Source: Ranitomeya imitator (taxonomy: Eukaryota). From it: a stretch of DNA of 64,000 bases. A program made the translations under genes and the position numbers. The notes beneath the pieces are model-generated. The model was not told where the DNA came from. It worked only from the letters and a program-made list of their open reading frames with translations, and did no database searches. Of this stretch, positions 12,415-24,824 are shown one piece after another; position 1 is the stretch's first letter, and each line of letters opens with the position of its first letter. The stretch is from positions 1,134,228,001 to 1,134,292,000 of the forward strand of contig NC_091282.1 of assembly GCF_032444005.1 (NCBI RefSeq), in the 5' to 3' direction.

Positions 12415-13536
12415 TGTAACACCTCAGGGTCCTGGTTGTTACAGTGGCATTGCTTTCCTCACGGGGAGAGTGATGTCACGCTTGGAAGCGAAGGAAGATC
12501 TCATTTTATCAGGTAATCACAATGCACACAACATGTTCACACTCCAGGCCAGAAGGGGAGCTCACAGCCCGGACTAAGGGGAACTTCCCTAATATAGAGT
12601 CTGGTCTGGAGGGAAAGTGAGTTAGTTAGTGCCTGACAGTAGACTAGAGCAGTCTGAGGCAGAGAGACGTGTTTGGGGCCGTGCAGTCAGAGTTGCTGCA
12701 GCTCCAGGATTAAGAGATACCAAAGGAAGAACAGTGTTAGTGAGCATGCAGGAGAGTGGAGCACAGGAGAGTGACACCAGGGGAGAATAGCAGCATTTGG
12801 GCTACCTCCCTGGCCGAGCGCAGATTCCGGTAGCCGGAAGACCGAGGTTGTGTCGGACTCCAAGAGGCACAGCAGAAACTGGTAGGACAGCTGGATTATT
12901 ATAAGTAACCTGTCCAACCTAATACCCAGGAGGCACAGTGGCACATAGTGCCTGGGTCGTGATAGAGACCCTGTAAAAAGGCTCGCGCCACCTGTTATAT
13001 GGGTTTGTGTCCCAACCTTCATGGAGGACAGAGAGAATTGTGAGGATCTTGCCAGAAGCCAAAGGCAGTAAGGGACTACAAGATCATCATGCTAATAGAA
13101 AGGCTCCAAAAAAACTCCACCTAGTAAAGGGGACTCTGAATTTGCTTCCGAGCCGAACGGAATCTGCCTGTACCTGTGATCTGGTGCCCTGGACTGCGGT
13201 TGCCTGAAGCCTTCAGTAAACCAGGTAAAGAGACTGCAAGCCTGTGCCCTCCGTTCTTTACTGCACCACTCACCAACCTCATCTACACACCAGGAGTCCT
13301 GGGGACCTGCTTCATCTGTGGGAAGTTATACCATCTAGCTGCCATAACATCACCCCAGAGGACCCCTTTAAGCAGCGTCGGTCCCCACTGACCAAACACC
13401 ACAGGTGACATCACGAACACAAACTTTGTTCCAAATTCGCTTTTAAAGACCTTCCCTTTTATTTGGGCACCCAGGGACATGGACCGGGTCGCAGCCACTG
13501 TGACATCCCCTTTAAGTACCCCTGGCGGGCGACTCA
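12415..13536 (+). mobile_element. Solo LTR (1122 bp) with 4-bp TATA target-site duplication
   Basis: TATA|TGTAACACC...GGGCGACTCA|TATA (12411-14 and 13537-40). Unrelated to the chromovirus LTRs. Strand is assumed. Confidence 0.8.
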
Positions 13537-14276
13537 TATACCTGTGTACGTCTTGCATACATATATTTAACATTGTGTATGCATGGCCATGCACTTGCAT
13601 ATGCTCGCATGCGGATGCATACACATGCGTTGTTTCGCGGTGTGCGGCGAACGCAACATGCTGCATTTTTTGAGGGGTCAATTTAGCGTAGACTTACGCA
13701 TGAGGCTTAGTGCGTCAAAACAACGCATTACTGTCTATGGGAACACATTGGTACGCAAGGACATGCGTTCTTCACAATAATCATATCCAGGAAATGATGT
13801 CACCACCTGCAAAATCCCTGCTGTATTAAAGGGGGTCTGGAGACAGGAAGTCCATTACCCTCAAGACTCTAGATGCGAGCACAAGACTCTGGATGTAAGT
13901 ATAGAAGCTTTGAAATGTCTGTCTGTCTCTCACTGCATTCTGTACTCTGTACTTATGTTTTGTTTTCTGTTCCTTCTAGACTGTGCGGATTTCCTGTCCT
14001 GGACTCTTTGCCTAGATTTCTCATTCCTGTCCATGATTACCTGTCGTGGATTGCTCCTGTGTCCCTGTGTAAGTATGAGTGTGTGTACTTTTACTATGTT
14101 GCTCTGCCCAGTCTCACACTCCACCCAGTTTCACATCCTTTGTCACTTTGTGTCTTATGTTTTCCTATTTTTTCCTTGTAGACTGTGCGGTGCTGCTGTC
14201 ATGGTGCTGTGCTGCTGTTCTGGTGCTGTGCTGCTGTCATGGTGCTGTGCTGCTATCACGCTTCTGTGCTGTCTTA

Positions 14277-14587
14277 GGCTTGGTTCCCATTGCGTTAATG
14301 GGAAAGCGCTAACGGACAGCGTTGCACGGCGAAATTAACGCCGTGCAACGCGTCCGTTAGCGCGCCCATTCACGGCAATGGGAACTCGCAGCACTAGCGC
14401 GTGCCATGTTCGGCATGCGCTAGCGACGCGCCGGTGTTTCCTGGCGCGCCGCTGACGCTGCTTGCAGCGTCCGAGGCGCGCCCGCGGTCCGTTCCCCGCT
14501 CTCGCAGATCGGGGATCTGCGAGAGCGGGGACGTTACTGCGACCCCTAGCGCTAAACGGATTGCACTAACGCAATGTGACCCTAGCC
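14277..14587. mobile_element. Harbinger-type MITE
   Basis: TTA|GGCTTGGTTCCCATTGCG...CGCAATGTGACCCTAGCC|TAA. TIRs match 15/18, with TWA-type flanks. Related to 34427-34743. Confidence 0.85.
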
Positions 14588-15906
14588 TAATGTGCTGTTG
14601 CACTACTGCCTGTAATGTAAGTATTGGGCTTCAAATTTTTTTGTTTTTGCTTTGGCTACATTGTGTTTGGCTCTTTTATACAAGTTCAATTTTTCTCATC
14701 TGTTCTTTTCTGTAGTGTTTCACTGACTGCTGCCTGCTCTTCAAACATGTCCTCCAGTGAAGAACTGACCGCTTCCCAGGGTGGACATGACAATGATTAT
14801 GTAATCACATTTGATATACTGATTGGTATGTATTGACTGGCAATACTACACATGTGGTAAATCATGTATTTTCTTTACAGCAACCTTCCAGTGTGGAAGA
14901 GCAGGAGCAGTCAAGTGGAAATGAATCTTCCCAGGGTCCTTGGGTTCAAATTCCTGAGGAGGAAAGATGGGGTGTAAGTATTCTTTTCATTATCACACCT
15001 GTAATTGTATTTTTTTTTTTCAGTTTTGTATCTTTAAAACTATATGACTTATTAATTTTTTTCTTATTTTATTTGATCTAAAGGTTCGACAACGTGAGGA
15101 AGGTCAACATGTCATTCACAGTGACCTACTCATTACACTGGTTCAAGAGCGTGTAGCGTTGTGGAACCCCCGTGATCGTAATCATTCCGACTCAGTATTG
15201 ATTCGACGACTCTGGGAAGGAGTGGCCAGATCGCTGTTGAATGATTGAAACCATGCAAGGCCACAAGTTAGAAAGGATTTTCATAAGTATAGCAATGTGG
15301 TCTTATGTGTCTGTTTAGCTGTAAATGTTGGTGTCTTTTTTGTACAATTACTTTTTTTCCTTCCCCCTTCACAGTGAAGAGAGTAAAAGTTTGTTGGCCT
15401 TCAATGAAGGATCGCTTCAATAAGGATATCAGACAGGAGATTCAGGTTAAAAGTGGTGCTGCTCCAAAGCTCTCGAAATTTAAATACAACCATATGCTTT
15501 CTTTTCTTAGGTTTGTGTTTTCTCAGTTAACGTGAATATCTTTTCTGTTGTCTTACTAAAAATTTTTTATAATTTATATACCTAGTAATGTTTTTCTTTC
15601 ATTTTCCACACAGAACCTGGAGCAGCACTATACAACCTGGATCTTCCTCTGTTGGAGCGGTCCCTCATCGACTAGCCAACGAACTGTCCCAATCATCCAC
15701 CAGCGATGGAGCAACCAAGCAGGCTTCACAGTCTGGGGAACAGGCAGCAGGTTCATCAGGTTTTCCCCTCTCCCAGCCCTCTGCCACTACTTTTCTTGGG
15801 ACTTCACGTCAGCGGCAGAGGGCCTGGGAGAGGTTAGTCATGCCCAAGTGTATTCACTTAAGCTCGATCTTCCAGGATGGGATGAAGGTGATTTAAGATA
15901 TTCTGG

Positions 15907-16699
15907 TGTTGTGAATTCTGTTGTCGAACTCCCTCCTGTGGTCGTGAATGGTACTTCGGCGAGTTCTGTCCATGGACACCCTCTGGTGGCTGTGAGTGGA
16001 GCTGCTGCTTCTGAGGTTCCTTACACAGGTGACGTGGTTTATCCTTTGGTTGGCTGCTCTATTTAACTCCACTCAGATCGTTACTCCATGCCAGCTGTCA
16101 ATGTTCCTGCATTGGTTCAGTTCGCTCTTGGATCTTTCTGGTGACCTGTCTTCTCCAGCAGAAGCTAAGTTCCTGATAGTTATTATTTGTTCATTGTTTC
16201 CTTGTCCAGCTGGTTATCATGATTTTGTCTTGCTAGCTGGAAGCTCTGGGATGCAGAGTGGCATCTCCGCACCGTTAGTCGGTGCGGAGGTCTTTTTGCA
16301 CACTCTGCGTGGTCTTTTGTAGTTTTTGTGCTGACCGCAAAGATACCTTTCCTATCCTCTGTCTGTTTAGTAAGTCTGGCCTCCCTTTGCTGAAACCTGT
16401 TTCATTTCTGCGTTTGTGACTTTCATCTTAACTCACAGTCAATATATGTGGGGGGCTGCCTTTTCCTTTGGGGAATTTCTCTGAGGCAAGGTAGGCTTTA
16501 TTTTCTATCTCTAGGGCTAGCTAGCTCTTAAGCTGTGAAGAGGCGTCTAGGGAGTGTCAGGAACGCTCCACGGCTATTTCTAGTTGTTGTGATAGGATTA
16601 GGGCCTACGGTCAGCAGAGCTCCCACATCCCAGAGCTTGTCCTGTGTGAGTTTAACTATCAGGTCGTGCCGGTTGCTCCTAACCACCAGGTCCATAACA
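15907..16699 (+). mobile_element. Chromovirus solo LTR, subtype B (793 bp)
   Basis: tgttgtgaattc...cataaca, closely similar to the LTRs at 42161 and 46051. Flanks are TTCTGG / GACTGG. Confidence 0.92.
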
Positions 16700-16986
16700 G
16701 ACTGGACAGTGGGTTCACTCAGGTGAACACACTTTTCCAGGATGTCCACAGACACCTTGACCACCTGGAAGCCGATCTTAAGAGACCGGCGAGACTTTTT
16801 TTTCAGCAATAGAGTGAGGCGTGTTGGAAAACCTTATGCCTGAACTCCAGCTGAATGTCATGCAGGCTTGCCAGGCTGCTTACAGTCAGGCATTACAGCA
16901 GCAGTCCAGAAGCTATCAGCCGCAGGCTGGATTTTGCGAGCATCAAAAAGCACAGCATCACTGGCCTGTTCCCCCAGTTCACAGTT

Positions 16987-17215
16987 ACACCATGCTCCAG
17001 GGTGCAGCAGCCCTGCAGCAAGCAGCATCCACCATGCTCCAGATTGCAGCACCCCTGCAGCAAGCAGCATCCACCACGCTCCAGTGTTCAGAACCCCAGC
17101 AGCAAGCAGCATCCACCACGCTCCAGAATGCAGCAACCTTGCAGCAAGCAGCATCCACCATGCTCCAGAGTGCAGCACCCCTGTAGCAAGAAGCAACCAC
17201 CATGCTCTAGAGGGT
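16987..17215 (+). repeat. 42-bp coding minisatellite (~5.5 units, consensus TMLQxAAxLQQAAS)
   Basis: Unit accatgctccagggtgcagcagccctgcagcaagcagcatcc, giving a 14-aa period in ORF 16821-17186. Confidence 0.88.
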
Positions 17216-17678
17216 AGCACCACACCAGCACACTGATACAGAGGCCAAAACTCCCACTCATTCAACAAAGAAACACAGAAAGACTCCGACTATTGACTCA
17301 GCGCCGCACTGAAAAATGAAGACCCGGAGCAAGAAATCTTGCCTAAAAATGGTCCTACCACCTCCACCCTCACCTCCCAATGTGCCTCTGTCTAATATGT
17401 CACTACGTTCTCCTAGATCTGTCCCTTTCAATTTGTCTATCCCTTCCCACAGTTCAACTGCTAATGTGTCGTCTACTCCCAATGTGTCCAGTCCCATCCA
17501 GGAGCCAATACTTCATTTTATTGCCCCTTCCCCTGTAACCCCCTTCATCATTGAATGTTACCCAATCATCACAGCTCCACACCCCCAAGGTCCACAATAT
17601 TTCACCGTCATACAGACATCGAACATAAAACTAATTGTTGTTTAATGCAAAGTAATCAGATAGTTATGGTTGTTGTTA

Positions 17679-17693
17679 AATAAAATGTTTATT
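17679..17693. terminator. Back-to-back poly(A) signals between the convergent Harbinger genes
   Basis: AATAAA on + (17679-84) and TTTATT, i.e. AATAAA on - (17688-93), lie 3 nt apart, downstream of both genes. Confidence 0.5.
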
Positions 17694-17847
17694 TTGCTTG
17701 CACAATCCATGCGTTTTCTTTGTCTCTTTATGTGAAAACACACACATGTGTGAATTGTATTGTTGAGTCAAGCTGTAACGGGTGTTTAACTCAAGGTGTC
17801 TTATTAGTAGTAAAGTCAGCAAACATATAACATTTACTTAAAGTGTA

Positions 17848-19145
17848 TTAAACCATATCGTCTTGCCATGCAAGTCGTCCAATATCTGAAACAAAGTAAG
17901 CAGCAAACTTAACCCTCATCTGGGCAACTTCCACTGTAGTCCTCAGAGGGTGATCACAGTAATCCTGCAAAGTGCTAGAAACTGGTTTGTCAAGTTCTAA
18001 TTGTTGTCGCTCTTTTGCTAGGATGTAATTGTGCATAACAACACACACTTTGACCACATCATCAATTGTATGAGTTTTTAGATTAATTGCTGTTCCCAAA
18101 ATGCGCCATTTAGATGCCAGCAAACCAAAGGCACACTTCACAGTTCTTCATGCCCATGTCAGTCGGTAGTTGAAAATCCTTTTGGTGTGATTCAAGTCCC
18201 GACTCGAGTATGGTTTTATGAGGTTGGCACACATTTGAAATGTCTCATCCCCAACCACAGCAAACGGCATTGGCGGTCCTTCAGTGCTTGGAAGAGGTTG
18301 TGGTGGTGGAAAATTAAAATTATTACCATACAAATATTGGCCTATGTCAGAGTTTTTGAAAGTCTGTGAGTCATTTCCTCATCCAAATGAGCCAACGTCA
18401 ACGGCGACCAATCGACACTCAGCATCTGCAATCGCCATGAGAACAATCGAAGTGTATTTTTTGTAATTGAAATACTCGGATATACTTCCAGCAGGTTTCA
18501 GAATCCGAATGTGTTTGCCGTCCACAGCCCCCACAGCGTTTGGAAAATTACAAATTTCCTTGAAGTTTGCAGCATTTTCCAGCCAGAGTTCAGTTGTGGG
18601 TTGGGGGAGGAATTCTGCACGCAGCATGTCACATAAAGCACTAACAATCCCAGAAAGGGTGGACAATCCAATCCGGAATTGAAAATGTAGAGATCTTAAG
18701 GTCTCTCCGGTAGCCAGGAATCTGCTGAACAGAAAATGGAAAAAAAAAGGTACATGGCTGTTATAACAATAATACAAACGACATGTGTTTATTTTTCAAA
18801 ATTATGCACCTCTGGTCACCAACAGACATTCCTCAGCAGAAATTGCTGGATGTAGTTGTGTGTCCTGCCTGGTGATGGATCCTCAGACACGTTGCAGCAA
18901 TTCATCGAAGCTCTGTTCCGACATCCTTGTGAATTAGAAAAACTTCTCCGGGTTTTCACGCAGCTCCGTGTACAACGTGTGTTAGAGTGGTAGGCTCCAC
19001 GGCTCTCTCGGACTTCAACAATGGGGTGTTGCCAGTAGCGACGACGACTTCTTCTCCGTCTTGCTCTTCTTCTTTCTTCTTCACAAGCCACAGCAAAGGC
19101 AAAAGCCAATTTCAATTCCAAATCCAGATTACGATAGCTCTCCAT
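17848..19145 (-). pseudogene. Harbinger DDE transposase (HARBI1-like), one intron (~18722-18813), disrupted
   Basis: Motifs FLATGETLRSLHFQFRIG, GAVDGKHIRI, YFNYKKYTSIVLMAIADA, VGDETF, RIFNYRL, CAFGLLASKWRIL and VCVVMHNY. ATG at 19145. Contains frameshifts and stops. Confidence 0.9.
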
Positions 19146-19595
19146 GCCAAGATCCATCTTGCAGCTGGATAAAGCAGCAAAAGATGAGGATTTCATCTCT
19201 GTAGGGTCTATATACCCAGATTCCCAATGAGACACGCCCATTGGGTGTTGCTTTTGTCATGGAAATTTCTGGGAACAGCATTTGCCGCATTACAAAACTC
19301 TTTGAAAATTCAAAAGCATGCGCTGAAAAAATACGAACGCATGCAAAAACGTATACAAACGCAAGCGCACGCAGCATTTTATTGGCATCATGCGTAAGCT
19401 GATGCGGATAAAAAAACGCAGCACAACCATGCGTTTGAATGCATTTTGGCATCCGTTTGCACATGCAGATGAGATGCTAATGTGAACTTAGACTTGTGTG
19501 CTGTTCAGTTTATTCTGATAGACTTTCAGCCATACATGGACATTTATGCAATGGTAATATACTTAGTTCTATCATCTATTGTATTTGTTATACTT

Positions 19596-19614
19596 TGCTG
19601 CCATCTACTGGCCA
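19596..19614 (-). promoter_or_regulatory. Candidate CTCF-binding motif
   Basis: Minus strand TGGCCAGTAGATGGCAGCA fits the CCASYAGRKGGCRS core. Motif match only. Confidence 0.35.
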
Positions 19615-21794
19615 TTACTGTATTACACTGTAATATTTTGTTATGGTACTTTCCTATAATACCTCTCTGTCTATAGCTCCTCCTATCTTTTTCCTTCTCT
19701 TCCTGTTCATACTCCGTGCCATCGTAGAACACACATGTGCTGCAGAGCCAGAGAAAGGATTCTCTTGTTACCTGGAGCTTCTATTATCTTTAATCTGGTG
19801 CTTCTATAACAGCTCTAACCTACAGTCCTCACTCCTACCTCATCTTCATTTCTTCATTTTCCCTGACGTCTCATCTCATCAAGGTACTGTAAATAAAGTC
19901 TGTTTGAACTCATCACTGCATCATCCTTTCGGACCACCACACGCAGCTGATAAGGACTAGGAGCACAGGTTGGCGAGTAGCGCTATCCGCCATTGTTTAT
20001 ACAGAGTATTGTGATCACATCCCTCACACACATCTCATCCACGTATATTGGTGGCAGAATAACTTGGTTTGGTTATATCTGCCTTCAGTGTAAAATAAAT
20101 TTACACACTATGATCACACTCTATAAGTGTTGCTAATATTAGAAAAGTTCCACTGTAGATTTTCTCCTAAAAATATTGCCCTCTTTGATCAGTTGTAAGT
20201 TTGGTTTCAGAAGTGTATATTGAAAAATGGAACAATCGGGACCACAAACTGCAGAGATGATTGGCTCAGTGTGCAGCTCTTTGTACTCTTCCGCATTGCG
20301 GACATGTGCTGGAGTTGACTTTGCATTGCATATATTAGTCTGGTCTGTAAACTGGATCAGAATAGTGCTTGCTGTGATTTTTTTTTATCCTTGAAGACCA
20401 TCTGTTCATGTGGAAAATCAACCATGCGCACTGTCAAATTGGCTTTAATGTGTCTTTTGTGCTCTCTGTGTGTGGTCTGTTATATGCTCGTCTGAACACG
20501 CCCTAAAGCAGGATAATAAAAGGAGCACTCCAAGAAAAAAAATATTGCATTAACTGCTTGCAATGCAGAAAAAGTAGTTATGGATTATTCTCAACATTGA
20601 AAGTTATTACCCATCCACAAAACAGGTATTTACACATTAAAACTCAAATGGATGAGACCCCCACTAATTGAACAAGGTCCTGATATGCCCTGCATGAATG
20701 AGACTGCTCCAATTATTGTCAATTATACTTGCGTAAAAAGCAGAGCGCTGCACAGGCCCACCGAGAAAATTACTAGTAGAGATGAGCGGATCAGGCAAAA
20801 CTTTGAATTTGCCTGTTCTTGCATTTTTTGTTCCTGGGAAATTTGATTTGTGGAGAAGTTTTTGTATGTGAATTTAATATCCCCTATTACGATCTCAGAT
20901 TCTTCAGTTCCCATAGCATTTTAAATATGATATGATAAAAAAAAAAAATAAATTGTTATACTTACTACTGACCTCTTCAGCCCATCTGCTACTCACTGCC
21001 AGCCATCCATTCCTCATCACATCTTCAGATCGACATTGGCAGGGGTGAAATTCTTGTACTCGGTGGCTAGGCTGAGGCTTCTGGGTTTGCTAGGCCCAGA
21101 AGGGTTCTGCCCATGTGCCCACAAACACAGCAGCATCATATGTCTCGACATGGGCCGCAACCGTTGTGGGCGCGTGCGCAGAGGCCTAAGGATTTCACCA
21201 CTGCCGACATCGATTCAAAGATGCGATGAGGAACCACTAAGTGGTGGTGAAGAGAGGAGGAGCTGAAGAGGTGAGTCTAAGAATTATTTTTTGGTTCAGA
21301 ATTTAATGCTTCAGAAAAATGTTGGCTGTCCTTTGCTGAATCCATGCGAATAAGAATTTTTGCAAAATTCAAGTACACTTTATTTTTTTACAATGGATGT
21401 ATATGCATTATTTCTTTCTTTTTGCTCTCAAAATTTTGTTTATGCAGAACCATATTCAGTGGTAGCATTAGGTTCTTTTTTTGTGACTTGATAAATTGTT
21501 TCTATTGGTGAACATTACCCACAATCAGAGTTACTGAATTATTAAGTAACTTATGTGATTCGTTCTTATGAGAGCACTGATTTGAAGAATAAATAGAGAC
21601 AGTGACTTTTGACGCCACCTTGGCAAATCCTTACCTAGATCTCTCACTAGTCTCTATACACCATGCCTGGGAGCACAGGGAATGGTGGAAGACGTAAACG
21701 TGTTGCCATTGAAAAATAATGGGTTGAGATAATGCTTTTTTTTATATACGAGACACTTGGATGCACAAAAAAATCTTTAACAAAAACTATACTA

Positions 21795-22703
21795 CCGTAT
21801 TTTTCGGACTATAAGATGCACCGGACCATAAGACGCACCCAAAATTTGTGGTGAAAATAGAAAAAAAGATTTTTATAAGATGGGGGTCCATCTTATTGTC
21901 CAAATTTAAGGTATCTTACCTGAGGGCTGGCGGTGGTACAGCAGGGTCACAGCAGGCATGGTCCCTTCCTCAGGATGAGTCCAGTCCGGTGTCGGCGGTG
22001 CTGATGTTTGGTGTGGGCTGTGAGGAGTGCACCTTAGCAGGGTCCTTTCCTGCTAAGGTGGGCGATGCCGTGACTTGGTGTCCAAGGGGGGTTGCGGCAG
22101 TGGTGTGGCGGCAGCAGAGGTGCGGCGATGCTGAGGAGTGGTGGGCAGTATGGCGTGCACCTGAGCAGGGTCCCTTCCTCAGGTGAGGTAACACTGCAGC
22201 CCGGTATCCAAGGCGAGCAGCAGAGCCAGGTTAATCAAGTGTTTCTCAGTGGCGGCAGTCAACTTCCTGAGGCCATGAGTGCGCAGATTGAGTACTCTGC
22301 TTACATTTTCCAGAAGCCGAGATCTCAATTTGCGAACTCAGCTTCAGAAAAATGGTGATCTCAATCTGTGCACAAGCATCCTCCCGTGGTCATTTTCCTG
22401 AAGCCCCAGGAGGCAGAGAACTCAATCTGCACATGCATGGCTGCCGCCATGGATAAACCTGTGATTCACCCTGCTCTGCTCACCGTTGACACCGTGCAGC
22501 GGTGTCACCTCACCTGAGGAAGGGACCCTGCTCAGGTGCATGCTGTACCGCCCACCGCGCCTCAGCATCACCGTACCTTTGCCATCGCACCACAGCACTG
22601 CTGCAACCAACCGGTAAGCCTGCGTTCGATCTATAAAACGCACACCCATTTTCCTCACCATTTTTCTGGGGAAAAAGTGCGTCTTATAGTCCAAAAAATA
22701 CGG
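21795..22703. mobile_element. Tc1/mariner (pogo-like) MITE, 909 bp
   Basis: TA|CCGTATTTTTCGGACTATAAG...CTTATAGTCCAAAAAATACGG|TA. Confidence 0.88.
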
Positions 22704-23317
22704 TAACTGGATCAGCTTTGTTATGGGAATAACCGTACATTATGAGTTTTTCCAGAATTTGCCCCAGCAAGTAAAATATGTGTGGAAGTATTATAAAGTA
22801 CTGTTATTCAACAATAAGGTAACAGGATTAACTGGAGCTTATACAGCTTTTACATCCTTACGACCACCTCTATTAATATAGGAACTTCTTGCCAATTGAA
22901 AAAAACACACTATTGCATTACCCAGAATTTTCAACTGTAGATATAAATTGTGCCTTCATTTCTATGACAAGCAGAAAAATGATTTCTCACCAGGCAATAC
23001 AATATAGTAGGTAACTAAATGTTCTTACTTGATGAGCATATTCTAAATTTAAATTAAACTGGCAAATTCCAATATTTCGTCTAATTTATTTCCTAAAATT
23101 AAGTCTTTTGTGCAAACTGTTTTTTTACAGAAAAAAATCAATGAAATTCTGTGATCTCATTTCTATAGTCTCCCCTGGACATGGCTGCCTGCTGACAACA
23201 TGCCAAGAGAGCTGTTACTCACTGAGGAAACATGTTATCCGACAATTCTGGCTTTCTTTTTTCTCAATTGCTAAGCAAGGCACGATTATATAGACTAAAA
23301 TCCATTTATCCATTTAA

Positions 23318-23691
23318 AGTGAACCTGTCACCAGGTGCACTTCTCTCAACATGGCAGAGAGAAGTACGCCTGTGCAGGAGCGCGATGCTGGACACTGTGT
23401 GGATGACATAAGATGCGTCATCCACATGAAGCAGGGAAGGAAAACGGCGATCGCAAGAAGAGAGAAGGTGTCTGACCAATACCAGCAATGCCCATCGGAC
23501 CCAACTTCCCAGTAGGTGAGTATAATCAAAGGTCTTTTTCTTTTCTTGCAGTAGGTGAGTATAATTAAAGGTCTTTTTCTTTTCTTGCAGGCCAGATAGG
23601 GGGCAGATATACAGCATATTAGAATGCTACACATGTGGGCTTACAGGTACTGTCCTTACCTCATATGGAAAAAACTGGCGACAGGTTCCCT
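23318..23691. mobile_element. TTAA-specific MITE (Kolobok/T2-like)
   Basis: TTAA|AGTGAACCTGTCA...CGACAGGTTCCCT|TTAA. Same TIR type as 42002-47286. Confidence 0.82.
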
Positions 23692-23960
23692 TTAAGGGCT
23701 TGCTTCCAGGTTTTATTATAGAACATATTTAAACCAGATTTAGCTTATGAACCTTTTTTTTTTTTAGAAAATATTATTAATGTCCTGTTTTGTCATTTTG
23801 TTTGTCCCAATCGATAAACATCAAAAATACATATAAAAGAAAAACAAGCCCTAGCCCATATCACATACTGTATGAGTCCAAGGCTACATTGTAGGAAAAA
23901 TAGGGCTAGTAAAAATATGATTGTCAACGTGCTTTCACTGAAGTCATACTATAATCATGA

Positions 23961-24824
23961 GATACTTGAAAGTATCGGTATCGGATAGTATCGGCCGATA
24001 CCCGAAAAGTATCGGATATCGCCGATACCGATACCCGATACCAATACAAGTCAATGGGACACCAAGTATCGGAAGGTATCCTGATGGTTCCCAGGGTCTG
24101 AAGGAGAGGAAACTCTCCTTCAGGCCCTGGGATCCATATTAATGTGTAAAATAAAGAATTAAAATAAAAAATATTGATATAATTACCTCTCCGGAGGCCC
24201 CTGGACATCATCGCTGGTAACCGGCAGGCTTCTTTGTTTAAAATGAGCGCGTTTAGGACCTGAGAATGACGTCGCGGCTTCTGATTGGTCGCGTGCCGCT
24301 CATGTGACCGCCACGCGACCAATCAGAAGCCGCGACGTCATTCGCACGTCCTAAATTCCTAGAATGAGGAGTTTAGGGCCTGAGAATGATGTCACGGCTT
24401 CTGATTGGTCGCGTGCCGCTCATGTGACCGCCACGCGACCAATCAGAAGCCACGACGTCATTCTCAGGTCCTAAACTCCTCATTCTAGGAATTTAAGACC
24501 TGAGAATGACGTTGCGGCTTCTGATTGGTCGCGCGGCGGTCACATTAGCGGCACGCGACCAATCAGAAGCCGTGACGTCATGGAAGTACCTAAACGCGCT
24601 CATTTTAAGCAAAGAAGGCTGCCGGTTACCAGCGGTGATGTCCAGGGGCCTCCGGAGAGGTGAGTATATCAATATTTTTTATTTTAATTCTTTATTTTAC
24701 ACATTAATATGGATCCGATACCGATTCCCGATATCGCAAAAATATCGGAACTCGGTATCGGAATTCCGATACCGCAAGTATCGGCCGATACCCGATACTT
24801 GCGGTATCGGAATGCTCAACACTA
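23961..24824. mobile_element. hAT MITE (left TIR lost) with three internal CCAAT/CpG hairpins
   Basis: Same family as 27351-28114, with gatacc/ggtatc subterminal repeats and right TIR GCTCAACACTA. About 20 bp of the left end is missing. Confidence 0.85.

Larger units (their letters stand above)
14747..17230 (+). pseudogene. Harbinger accessory Myb/SANT-like (MADF) protein gene, spliced and disrupted
   Basis: Exons at ~15083-15284 (LITLVQERVALWNPRDRNHSDSVLIRRLWEGVARSL) and ~15373-15510 (KVCWPSMKDRFNKDIRQE...KYNHMLSFLR) match the MADF pattern, with AG acceptors. It has in-frame stops and a solo LTR at 15907. The 3' end is approximate. Confidence 0.75.
12377..19493. mobile_element. PIF/Harbinger DNA transposon with two convergent genes and three nested insertions
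   Basis: Left end TTA|GGCCGGGTTAACATTAG, and the right end reverse-complements to GTCTAAGTTCACATTAG (degenerate TIRs). Encloses a MADF gene (+) and a DDE transposase gene (-). Confidence 0.75.
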
